64,000 bases of DNA, from contig NC_042999.1 of assembly GCF_006345805.1 (NCBI RefSeq), forward strand, positions 41,850,001 through 41,914,000. Direction: 5' to 3'. The position numbers were made by a program, and so were the translations under genes. The stretch's first letter is position 1. Every line of letters begins with the position of its first letter. The notes beneath the pieces were generated by a model. It did not search any database, was not told the origin of the DNA, and saw nothing but the letters and a program-made list of their open reading frames with translations. Below, one piece after another: positions 52,956-64,000 of this stretch. This DNA is from Octopus sinensis (taxonomy: Eukaryota).

Positions 52956-53840
52956 AAAGGAAAAGCTTATTTTCTTTCTTTTCTTTTTTTGTATTTGGTT
53001 TGCAAGATTCTTTTTGTGATTTCATGTGTTGAAGCATATCTTATTGTGACTGAGGGAGAGCCATTCTCTTATAGTGCCTTATTAGTAAAAATAAATAAAA
53101 AGATAAATAAATAGATAAATACATAAATAAATAAATAAATAAATGTGTGGAAATCGGTGAGGCACTAAAAGAGAATAACTCTCCCCAGACACAGTAAAAG
53201 AAAAAGATGCACCTATGTTAAAAATCAATATCGTTGCACGTAAAAATCAGAACGGCTCATATGATATACATACATATAAACGCAGTAGATTTGGGTAAAC
53301 ATACGTATATAACAGATTATTATAGACGAATCTATTTAAGTGATTGAAATCATGCCACCGTTACTAGACTACGAAGTGTGAACACGATTACTTTGCAATA
53401 ATTAATTGCTTCTATGTTTTCAATTAAATATTAAATTTATTTTTTTGTTATCATTTCATTTATTCAATGGTGTTAATAATGTATAGGAACAAACACGCCG
53501 ATATGATGTAATATGCTGTCCAGTTTCTCGAGCAGCTAGAAATAAGTGGCAAACACCTTCCAAATCTTAAACCTTTCACGTGAAAGTAAAAGAAACAGAA
53601 ATAGGACACGAAGATTACTCTAGTTCTAGATAAACTGTGTCTACAAAAAGATTTTTAAAACATTTCTCTGGCATATCATTGATCTTCGATCTGCTGCCTT
53701 AGGCAACAGTAAGACAGTATCAGCAACACTCTTCTTATACTTAAGTATAGACATTACACACACACACACACAAACACACACACATACACACACACACACA
53801 AACATACACACACATATTTACATCCACATATATATGGATG

Positions 53841-53904
<64 letters not shown>

Positions 53905-53979
53905 ATAGTAAATTTATATATATATACACACACAAACACACACATATACACACACATCCGCACACACACGCGCATATGT

Positions 53980-54010
<31 letters not shown>

Positions 54011-54020
54011 TTATATATAT

Positions 54021-54922
54021 ATGTACTTGTGATATTTTTCTGTATTTACCCCCAAACCTTCGTGAGCTGTGTGGAGTAAACATTATCTGAGAGAAATTTT
54101 CTTTAAGTAGTAGAAATGCTAAGAAAAACTTTTTTGGATGCTATTTCTACTAAGTTCAGTATGTGGCAAAGTAATTTATTTTACTAAGCCCTAATTATAT
54201 AATGTAATATTTTAAATTCGCCTTAAATGGTCCTTTTACATACTGAACACTTGGTGAAATTGATTAATTAATTAATTTTACCCTCAATTGTTGATATTAT
54301 AATTCATTTCTCTCGGTCATACTGCCTCGGTTCTCGCGGTTAAAATATAATGTTTGCTAGATAGACCACGTGGGTGGAATGGGGAGTGCAGAATTTTACG
54401 CCTGCGCATTTTGAATTTGTTGATACTGTTTAGTTGGAGTGGTTCATCTGAAGCGACAAGTTCGCTGATAGGTAAAGTTCCTTCTTTTTAGTGTTTCCAA
54501 ATCCAAATTAAGAAATTTTGAGCTGACGAAAGAAATGCTGATTTTATTTGGCTAATCTTGAAACGTTGACGTACTCAAACGATCTATGTACTTGTGATAT
54601 TTTTCTGTATTTACCCCCAAACCTTCGTGAGCTGTCTGGAGTAAACATTATCTGAGAGAAATTTTCTTTAAGTAGTAGAAATGCTAAGAAAAAATTTTTT
54701 GGGATGCTATTTCTACTAAGTTCAGTATGTGGCAAAGTAATTTATTTTACTAAGCCCTAATTATATAATGTAATATTTTGAATTCGCCTTAAATGGTCCT
54801 TTTACATACTGAACACTTGGTGAAATTGATTAATTAATTAATTTTACCCTCAATTGTTGATATTATAATTCATTTCTCTCGGTCATATTATAATTCATTT
54901 CTCTCGGTCATTTCTCTCGGTC
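54021..54922 (+). mobile_element. ORF-less 565-bp unit present as a ~1.5-mer with hammerhead (retrozyme or pLTR-like)
   Basis: 54021-54320 repeats at 54586-54886; HHR at 54517-54579; short terminal re-duplications. Confidence 0.8.
54517..54579 (+). ncRNA. Type I hammerhead ribozyme
   Basis: UUUGAG-CUGACGA-AAGA[22 nt]UCUU-GAAA-CGUUGACG-UA-CUCAAA. Core complete; helix III self-complementary with two GU pairs. Confidence 0.85.
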
Positions 54923-54927
54923 TGTTG

Positions 54928-54986
<59 letters not shown>

Positions 54987-54989
54987 TAT

Positions 54990-55160
54990 TATTCATTTAC
55001 ACGTGTCAGTCATTTGACTGTAGCCATACTGGAGCATACTTTAAAGGGTTTTATTCGAGTCTCGGACTTATTCTTTGCAAGCCTAGTAACTTATTCTATC
55101 GACCCCTTTTGCTGAAGTGCTATGTTACGGGGATATAACCACTCCAACATCGGTTGCAAA
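54990..55160 (-). mobile_element. SINE family B, 3' half
   Basis: cagtcatttgactgtagccatactggagca...aagcctagtaacttattctatcg. Confidence 0.65.
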
Positions 55161-55608
55161 GCAATACGTATATAAGGTATAGGTAGAGTAGAATGACAGA
55201 CCATTTCCAATGCAGCACTCGACCCGTGCTTTACGCTATCAACACTGCCATATTAGAGACTAATACCGAAATTATTCAGGTGCAGAAAATGCTTGTTTCA
55301 TGACGGGAAAACCATTGTGTGGGATTAGCGAAGAGTAAAATATAATCCGAATATCATAATTGCTCAATACACAACCGCACTTTTGTTGCAGTTCAGCGAA
55401 AGTCTCCCCTTCGATGTCTAAAACCGCAAATATTAAGTAAATTTTAAACTTTGAACTTTTGCGAGAACTGGAGTTGAAAGTAGAGTTGATACAAAAAAAT
55501 TGTAACTAATCATTAAAGATACGTTAGTCTCTCTTTGTATTCTAATTCGGATTAATTTTTTTCTCTCCTTTTCTCTCTCCTTGTTTCTCTCCTTGTTTTT
55601 CTGTGTCC

Positions 55609-55644
55609 CTTTCTGTAGAGGAGCGTAGGTTCGAAACGTAAAAG
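55609..55644 (+). ncRNA. Hammerhead-like motif, A6U core variant
   Basis: CUUU-CUGUAGA-G-GAGC GUAG GUUC-GAAA-CG-UA-AAAG; all helices pair. Confidence 0.5.
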
Positions 55645-55746
55645 ACTTTTTCTATTCCTGAGCGTTATACTAATACGTCTGTTTGGTTTGTACACCACCT
55701 GTCTTCGTCTTCTGTTTTTTTCGTAAACTCTCCCTATTTATATATA

Positions 55747-55833
<87 letters not shown>

Positions 55834-55992
55834 CATATATATGTAAGACTTTATAGCACTTACTCAGCATTACCTGACACCTTTGGGTCTTATTGATACC
55901 ATTACCTCTCATAACCTCTATTTCTCGCTATTATAAGCACTTATCTCAGGAAAAGCTGCAGTAATGCATACACAATAACCTCTGTATATATG

Positions 55993-56053
<61 letters not shown>

Positions 56054-56084
56054 TGTATGTATGTATGTATGTATATATATGTAT

Positions 56085-56292
56085 ATGTTTGTGTGTCTGT
56101 GTTTGTCCCCGTAACATTGCTTGAGAACCGATGGTGGTGTGTTTACGTCTCCGTAACTTAGCGGATCGGCAAAAGGAATATTGGAATAGAATATTACTCA
56201 GCTTACAAAGAATAAATCCTAAGGTCTATTTGCCCGACTAAAGGCGGTGCCCCAGCATGGCCACACTCAAATGACTGAATCAAATAAAAGAA
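56085..56292 (+). mobile_element. SINE family B, 3' half
   Basis: tgtttgtccccg...gtgtttacgtc...aaaggcggtgccccagcatggcc. Confidence 0.75.
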
Positions 56293-56619
56293 TATGATAT
56301 GTATGTGTGTGTATATATATGTATCTAAGTCAGTTGTATATATAGGCATGTATGTATGTAAGAATGTATGTATGTAATATGTATGTATATAGACCAAACA
56401 ATGGCGTCATTTCTTTTTGTTGCTTAAATGCTTTCGACTTAGCACCGTTTAGCCGAACACACATACTAGGTCATTCCTGTAGGTGCTTCAAGAGAAGAAA
56501 CAGCTATCCATCGATTCCATGCTCCCGCAGAATCTTTCACAAGTCCTTGTGTTATTTCGAGTTCTACGAAACAAGTATGCACCTCCTGAAAATACTCATT
56601 TTGTCTCAGGAAAGAATAA

Positions 56620-56800
56620 GGGGATAAGTTTTACGGGTAAAGACAACCAGCGGGTGACCTAGGCGTGGACCACAAGCAAGACAGCTTGATTACATCCATG
56701 GAATGACTGATTTTGTTTGGGGATCTACCCAATTCAACTGGAGACGGTTGTCTCACACGGGAAAGCTTGAATACTCTGTCCACAGGACTCTTCCCGTAAT
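56620..56800 (+). mobile_element. Decayed RTE-like LINE 3' remnant
   Basis: Approximate GKRQPAG.PRR...DYIHGM...LETVVS.RE reading. Confidence 0.35.
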
Positions 56801-56833
56801 AAGTGGGCCGGGAAGATTAGATGAGAGATAAAT

Positions 56834-57062
56834 GGCGGCGAGCTGGCAGAACCGTTAGCACGCCGGGCGAAACGCGTAGCTGTATTTCATCTGCGCTACG
56901 TTCTGAGTTCAAATTCCGCCGAGGCCGACTTTGCCTTTCATCCTTTCGGGGTCGATTAAATAAGTACCAGTTACGCACTGGGGTCGATGTAATCGACTTA
57001 ATCCCTTTGTCTGTCCTTGTTTGTCCCCTCTGTGTTTAGTCCCTTGTGGGTAGTAAAGAAAC
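56834..57062 (+). mobile_element. SINE family A, Tx1-like tail, 19-bp TSD
   Basis: TSD AGATTAGATG(A/G)GAGATAAA at 56814-56832 and 57063-57081. Confidence 0.9.
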
Positions 57063-58937
57063 AGATTAGATGGGAGATAAAATGTCAGAACAAATTTGCA
57101 TTAACAAACAGATATATATATATATACATTAGACACTTAACAAACAATATTAGTTAGCTATACACTTATTATGATGTCAATAGCAAGGTCAATGACTATC
57201 ATCACTACTCTGGGAGTTAGACCATAAGATGAAAAGTCAAGCTAACTGAGACATGCATTAGCTTCAATGACCATAGCAAAACCAAGACCAGATAATTATA
57301 ACCTGCAAAGAGGAAACTTATGTGGTCGCTCAACTCATCTTTTATAATATCAAAAGCATCATTAGGAAAGCTACACAAAATGGAATAATAACGGCATGGG
57401 GCACATTTAATGGAGTTGAATTTCGATCATTTTAACAACGATGAGTTCTAGGTATTCCTCTTTCATTGGGGTGTACAGATTTGGTAGGAAAAGTGCTAAC
57501 TTCAGCAGCAACAATTTAGATATCTTTATGCATAACTGAAGATATATTGAGTTTGAACACAATTTTGTACAGATGAAGGAGAATAGTAAGTTACCAATAG
57601 AATGCTACTTGTACCAAGAATTCACAAACGACAACGGGCTATACCACAGGTTAGATTTGACAATCGAATGGAAAGATATCAATGGAAGATGCCAATGGAT
57701 GATTTTGACAGAATTGAGTATATGATTTTTTTTTAAATATTCAAGATGAAATAAAAAATATATGTGCAAGTAACATGGCATGAAAACCTTGTAGTTTCGT
57801 TTCGTATTAATGTCCAAAAACTAGATAAGAAAAGACCTAATAAGCACATTTCGGGAATTCAATATTAACCATGCAACAACTGCAATATAAGCATAATCAA
57901 AGCTTTAGAAGTTAAGTTAAACTTGTATTTAGATACATATTAAACGTACACAAAATAGTTTGAAAACTTATGTTTAACGATAATGATTCCTAGTATCTTT
58001 GCACTATAGTTAGAAAGTCTGTTATTGATATGTTTGAAAGATTATCAAATATATCATCGTAATATAACAACTTTGAAAAAGCTTTTCATTTCTCAGCCAA
58101 TTGTTAGTGAAATGCAGACAGAAATGAAAAATTGCATTAAGTTTTCACGTTATCAAATTACTATATATCATTTTATAGAATTAACATAAAGATCACCTAC
58201 CAAGTAAATAAACTGAGTATCATAGCAGGTTGACTAAACTAATTGAAGTAGTTTTGTTGCCTGAATTAACGGTAAATGTCTGAAGTGGTTAGTCAAGAAG
58301 CATGAGTTATATGCTTAGAAAGCCATACAAAGTCGGAGAAGACCTATGTTGGCAGGAATAGTAACTTACCAATAGAGTGCTACTTGTACCAAGAATTCAC
58401 AAACGAGAACAGGCTATACCACAATTTAATGAGGTTAGATTTGACAATCGAATGGATATTTCGCGCAATCTTAACTTGAAACTGTCATATATATACAATC
58501 AAGGCCTTTAATATCTATCATAAATTATAGGTAACTTTATTTGAAATTCAAGTACAAAAGTGAACTGACTCTACATAAATAACATTTATATAACAAATTT
58601 TACGGTAAAGGCAGAGCACACCGCTAGTTGTTTGTTTGTAAATATAAAAGAAGTCAAGGACTTAAACAAAATCTTCTGACAAGTGAAAAAGGCAGCTGGA
58701 TATTCTGAAAGGCGGATTTCAAAGTCGTATTCAGATGATATTCAAATATTACGTCGTCTTATGATGAGCAACAGTTATGAAAATTGACAAATTGAAAAGT
58801 AGTGTACTTAAACAATGTATATCTATCTATCTATCTATGTACACACTCTCTCTTTCTCTCCCTACATATATGCATGTATATATATTTATATATATATATA
58901 TATATACGCGAGAAAGAAGCAACAAGAATGGATAGGT

Positions 58938-59028
58938 TTTTAGTACGATCGTTTCATACAAGGACAGGTTTTATTAAAAGTTGCAAAGATTACAGCATAT
59001 AAACGAGTCCCGTACTCATCAGCTAAAA
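58938..59028 (-). ncRNA. Type I hammerhead ribozyme (left arm)
   Basis: Mirror image of 59427-59517. Confidence 0.8.
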
Positions 59029-59426
59029 TACATGTAAGTTCTCTAGACATCCTAGTGTTTGAGGCTATACTCATGAAGTAATGTAGATAATTAAACAGAT
59101 TTCTAAAGTTCATTAAAGTTCCTTAAAGATGATGTATAGTCTTATCACAGAATTTTAAAAAAGTTTTGATAGCATCACAGAGAAGGTGACCTAATCCATA
59201 TGAATTTCCATATTCTGTGAGTATATAATCCCTCATCATATCTATGGAAATTCATATGGATTAGGTCACCTTCTCTGTGATGCTATCAAAAATTTTTTAA
59301 AATTCTGTGATAAGACTATACATCATCTTTAAGGAACTTTAATGAACTTTAGAAATCTGTTTAATTATCTACATTACTTCATGAGTATAGCCTCAAACAC
59401 TAGGATGTCTAGAGAACTTACATGTA

Positions 59427-59517
59427 TTTTAGCTGATGAGTACGGGACTCGTTTATATGCTGTAATCTTTGCAACCTTTAATAAAACCTGTCCTTGTATG
59501 AAACGATCGTACTAAAA
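59427..59517 (+). ncRNA. Type I hammerhead ribozyme with enlarged helix II (right arm)
   Basis: UUUUAG-CUGAUGA-GUACGGGAC[...]GUCCUUGUAU-GAAA-CGAUCG-UA-CUAAAA. Confidence 0.82.
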
Positions 59518-59659
59518 ACCTATCCATTCTTGTTGCTTCTTTCTCGCTTATAATCACCCACATACTGTATGTTAAATCAGATAGTTCTTTTTGGTGCATC
59601 TAAGTTAGGTACCATATTCAAGTAAATTTTTTAAATTAACTTGAATCTTTATTGCTCTT

Positions 59660-59754
<95 letters not shown>

Positions 59755-60798
59755 ACAATTGGTGCTGAAAAGTCCTTTCTTTAAGGGTATCACGAAAGGG
59801 TTCGAACTATACCTTTACAAGAGAGGTAGGAGAAGGTATGCAAAACATCATTATGGTATATGATATCTTTCTCTTTTTTGCAGATTTAACACATCATGAC
59901 AGCTCCTACGTTGGATTTTGGTAAAATTTAATCACCGATGGTCATGAAGTTCCTGTTTTAACAAGACGTTGCCTCAGCAAGTTCACTGTCTGATGACCGG
60001 AACACTTAAAAGATACGGTAGCAGAAAGCTACTAGGCTCCAACTAAATAAGGTAACAGCTGCTAATACAACCACCTGACACATCTGCAAGACTAAAACAG
60101 CCGAAAATCCTGGCGCGGATTTCACTATCCATAGCTACTGGTTTAACGGTAAGATGGCATATCAACTGGATTAAACCAATGACGCGGCTACCACATGACC
60201 TATGGACGTACAAGGACAAGCGACCTGAAGATTCTGACTCTGCACGTGACTATCTTTAAGAATCATTCTGTACGTTAACTCATAGGATCCTGAGCCACTT
60301 TCACTCCGTAAAAACGATTAAATAACGACGAGGAAGCTAACAATCTGTTCACGTCCCTCAAAATTAACGTTTTCGAAAACCATACAGATGTATATTAACA
60401 TAATTAATTTATTAATATAAATTTACAAAGCTTTACATTTTTTTTTCTGTGAAAAATGTCAGGAGAACAGTTCGGTTCCTCTCCAATTATTTGTAAATTC
60501 TTAAATATATCGACTTCTGTGTATATATATACAACCAAACAAACATGATTTTTATTGAACTCCCAATACTTTTTGTTGAATACTTTCTTAAATATTTTTG
60601 CAAGCTGTTTTTAACATTTTCTTATTATTATCAAAGAATGTATATATGTATTTTAATACTTTTGTGGCAACCAGTTCTTAACAAAACAAAGCTTGTACAA
60701 AGCTTTACATTTTACTTTTGACATTCTTTTTCTAAAAAAGTGAAACCGGTCAAGCCAATAAACATATTTTGAATTGCATTTTCAAACCTTCTTTCATA

Positions 60799-60900
<102 letters not shown>

Positions 60901-60959
60901 TGTGTGTATATACATAATTCTTTTTTTTTCAGAATGAGATAAAAAAACCATGACTGTGA

Positions 60960-61800
60960 AGATTTTAGAACATTTATAAATAGAAGGTCTTATAGCTGTT
61001 TCCAGGATATTTATTATATCCCTTCATCGGAGACTGTGTGAGAAAATGGTTAAGCAATAGTTAATTTAGATAAGAAAGGAAATAGAGAGTGAAGTGAAGG
61101 AATGAAAATAGATGTGAGATATGCAGGGATATTGCATTTGTAGATCCTTTATTTAGGCAGAATGGTATACATATAAGATTCCAATACCTTGTGAGTAAAT
61201 TCCAATAGTATTTAAAATTGGTCATTGTAAATTCCAATGGTATATAAAGTTGGTCATTCCAAGTATAGAGTTTGTACATAGTGCTATTGAATCGTGGGTT
61301 TTAGTTAAAGTGATCTAAAAGTAGGGGATGTATTTGTAAAGTCAAATCGAAAACAGAAAGAGAGAAATAAAGAAAAGAGTGAAAAAGAGAAGAAAAAATA
61401 AGAAAAAAGAAAAAAACAGGAAGAGAGGAATAAAGTAAAGAAAAATAAATGTAAACAAGAAAAACAAGGAGAGAGATAATACAGAGAAGTAGATAGGGAA
61501 CGTGTACCAGTTAGTGGTCAGTCAAGAGAGCTTGAAAGTAGGAGTGAGGAGATTAGGGTGACAGAGAGAGAAAGATATTAGAGTCTAAAAAGATAATAGG
61601 GTAAAGAGTAAAGGAGTGTCACACAGAAGGAATGGGATGATAGTGAGAGAGAGGTATAATAGTGTAAACGGTAAAGGATTGTCTGTTATGTAGTGATAGA
61701 GTCTGAGTGATGGGGCAGAGAGATGGATAGTAATATGGTGGAATGAAGAATTTAGGAATATGGATTAGGTGGTGATTAATTACGGTTCAGTTCAGTCCAT
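60960..61800 (-). mobile_element. Highly decayed Penelope-like element 3' end with decayed HHR
   Basis: Residual PLSL..HP and TPTFKLS...LVH motifs resembling 11989-13280; HHR-like motif at 60987-61034. Confidence 0.45.
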
Positions 61801-63116
61801 TATCACTGACGATTTGTGTATGGGATGCGTGTTTGCCAAGTTTGTGCCAAAACTGTTTTCATCTGACCAAAAAGGACACTTGAGTTTCAGTTGCACAAGA
61901 TTTCATTGATTGTATCGTGAATGATTAAACATTTTTGAAAACTCTGCATAGGCCTCTGAGTTGGAATCGCCAAGCCTTTTCAAAATTTGATGCAAATTCT
62001 CTGCTCATCTATCTTTGTCATGATCAATGCAATGATCACGCGGTACAAACGTTCCTTCCAAGCACTGCACTAAACGAAGGATGTGAGGTAGAACGTTACA
62101 AATTAGTGCTCATGTACAGCAGAGTTCAAGTTCAATCTGTGCCAAGCGGGTTCATGCTGCATGTTTCAGCTTCGTTTCAATGGCAACAGTCTGGATACTT
62201 ACTGATCAGACCATCTATGTATACACGTAAGATATATATATAGATATATATATATATATATATGCTTAAGTATACGCATATATACATAATATATGTATAC
62301 ACATTATACAATATATAGATTAAATTAATATGTGTATTTGATCATGTATTCATATAATATCATATAACATTCGTGATATGTGTGTGTATGCAAATATATA
62401 TATATATATATGTATATATATGTGTGTGTTTATGTGTGTATTTATATGTATAATACTAGGTAGAGAGAGTTTGGGAGAGAGAAAGTGATAAAGATAGAGA
62501 GAGAAAATAGAGAGAATGAGAGAGAGAGAGAGAGCGTTCAGGATAAATGAAAGAAGTGATGCTGAGGTACTCGCTAATACGTACTAGAAAGGAGAAATAT
62601 TGCAAAACAAAGTTTCAATGCAGTGTGATGAGAAAAAGAACAGTATCAAAGAATGTCCCAAAATATGTTAACAGAAATCAAAGGAGAACAGCTGGATATA
62701 AAGAACATTAGGAGAGTAATTAAACGGCAACCTGGTTAGATCTATAAAAGATCAAAAAGACTAACTCCGCGAAGTATAATCCCAAACCAATGAGAGCTAG
62801 TGAGAGAGAGGGGGGAGGAAGAGGAGGAGGAGGAAACAAAGTGGCTTGAAAAACCATAGGTATTGAAAGTTGCTGTTCCGAATGAATATTTCTGATGAGA
62901 AAAACAACGATAGACAGGAATATAGACCTTGTCTGCAATGTATTTTTTTTTTCAATGTGCAAATGATTTGAAGGGCGGTGATATAGCAACTGTTTATGAC
63001 CACTGCACGTAAACACAGGATAACAAATTTGATTTCAGGTTAGTTCAATTTTGCCCTCGTTATGTAGCCACGTATGAAAACCTTACGTGTTGTGTCTAAA
63101 CATCTGCGCTGTTCAT

Positions 63117-63330
63117 GGCGGCGAGCTGGCAGAATCGTTGGCACACCGGGTGAAATGCTCAGTGGCATTTCGCCAGTCATTATATTTTGACTTCAAATTC
63201 TGATGAAGTCGACTTCGTCTTTCATCCATTCGTAGTCGATAAAATAATTACAATTTGATTACTCGGATCGATGTAACCGATTTACCCCTCCCCTGAAATT
63301 GCTGGCCTTGTGCCAAAATTTGAAATAATT
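63117..63330 (+). mobile_element. SINE family A, tail type 1
   Basis: ggcggcgagctggcagaatcgtt...tgctggccttgtgccaaaatttgaa. Confidence 0.75.
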
Positions 63331-63504
63331 ATTTGTGTTTTTCTATAATTCTAAGGAATTTATAGAAGACACAACTCCATTGGAATAGCATCCCTCGAGA
63401 ACCAGTTTAAAGCATCGACAGAATCGGATTGATTTAGCATCAACCAAGAACATTTTCCAGTTATAAGCTCAAAGCTTGGAATTTTGAAGCAGACAGCTTG
63501 TCAA

Positions 63505-63660
63505 TAACATCGACCCAAGTATTCAGCTGGTACTTATTTTATCGACCACAAAAAATAAAAGGTAATGTCGAACATGGCTGAATTTGAAACTTAGAACGTT
63601 AAGCCGGAAGAAATGCCACAAGTACTTTGTCCTGCGTGCTAACGACTTTGCCAGCTCACC
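63505..63660 (-). mobile_element. SINE family A, diverged, inverted relative to 63117
   Basis: ctggtacttattttatcgacc...gtgctaacgactttgccagctcacc. Confidence 0.65.
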
Positions 63661-64000
63661 GAAAGAAAGCGCGCTAGAAAATTTGATAATATACAACAAT
63701 TATCAAGTGTAAGCCGATACATAGAGATAGAGGAGAAGTGAAAGATAGGGAGGAGGAGGAGGAGGAGGAGGAAGGGAGAGAATGTGATATTGGCAAAGTT
63801 CATGATAGTTTCATAATCTTTCAATGAGAGGGAACATGTTCCTGGATTAGTTGCGTTTCAATAATCTTTTTCCATTTACTGGACATATAATCACCATTAT
63901 CTCCATTTAATGTAAAGGATTTATGGATGAAAGATATATTCGAATAGACATGAATATGTGCGTATGATAGGTGAATTATTTTTTGCAGGTATACTGAAGC

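Larger units (their letters stand above)
58908..59547. mobile_element. Near-perfect palindrome (305-bp arms, 30-bp spacer) with one HHR per arm
   Basis: 58908-59212 is the reverse complement of 59243-59547; I saw two mismatches. Confidence 0.92.

Noticed and set aside
59870-60360. Moderate-complexity stretch after an acceptor-like TTTTTTGCAG
   Set aside because: The frames I read had stops and no recognisable motif.

Overview
Repeat-saturated, AT-rich eukaryotic DNA with no host gene that I can support. The SINE families and the (TA)n/(AAT)n/(GATA)n microsatellites look like octopus repeats; this is recognition from memory, not a database match. Contents: (1) four insertions of a Tx1/L1-clade LINE, all in (TATC)n/(GATA)n repeats, two of them near full length; (2) a stack of R4/Dong-like RLE LINEs in (AAT)n; (3) Penelope-like element (PLE) RT/GIY-YIG remnants; (4) RTE and mariner fragments, non-autonomous Helitrons, MITEs and many tRNA-derived SINEs. 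The most striking signal is a set of type I hammerhead ribozymes (HHRs) with self-complementary helix III, belonging to several unrelated families. They sit in ORF-less 1.2-1.5-mer tandem units (11.4-12.0 kb, 54.0-54.9 kb), in both arms of a near-perfect 305-bp palindrome (58.9-59.5 kb), and downstream of a tRNA-like Pol III head (50.5-51.2 kb; a candidate tRNA-headed hammerhead SINE moved by PLE machinery). A second notable signal is a SINE whose 3' tail matches the 3' end of the Tx1 LINE and that also occurs with an alternative tail. All structures were folded and aligned by eye, and element boundaries are approximate.
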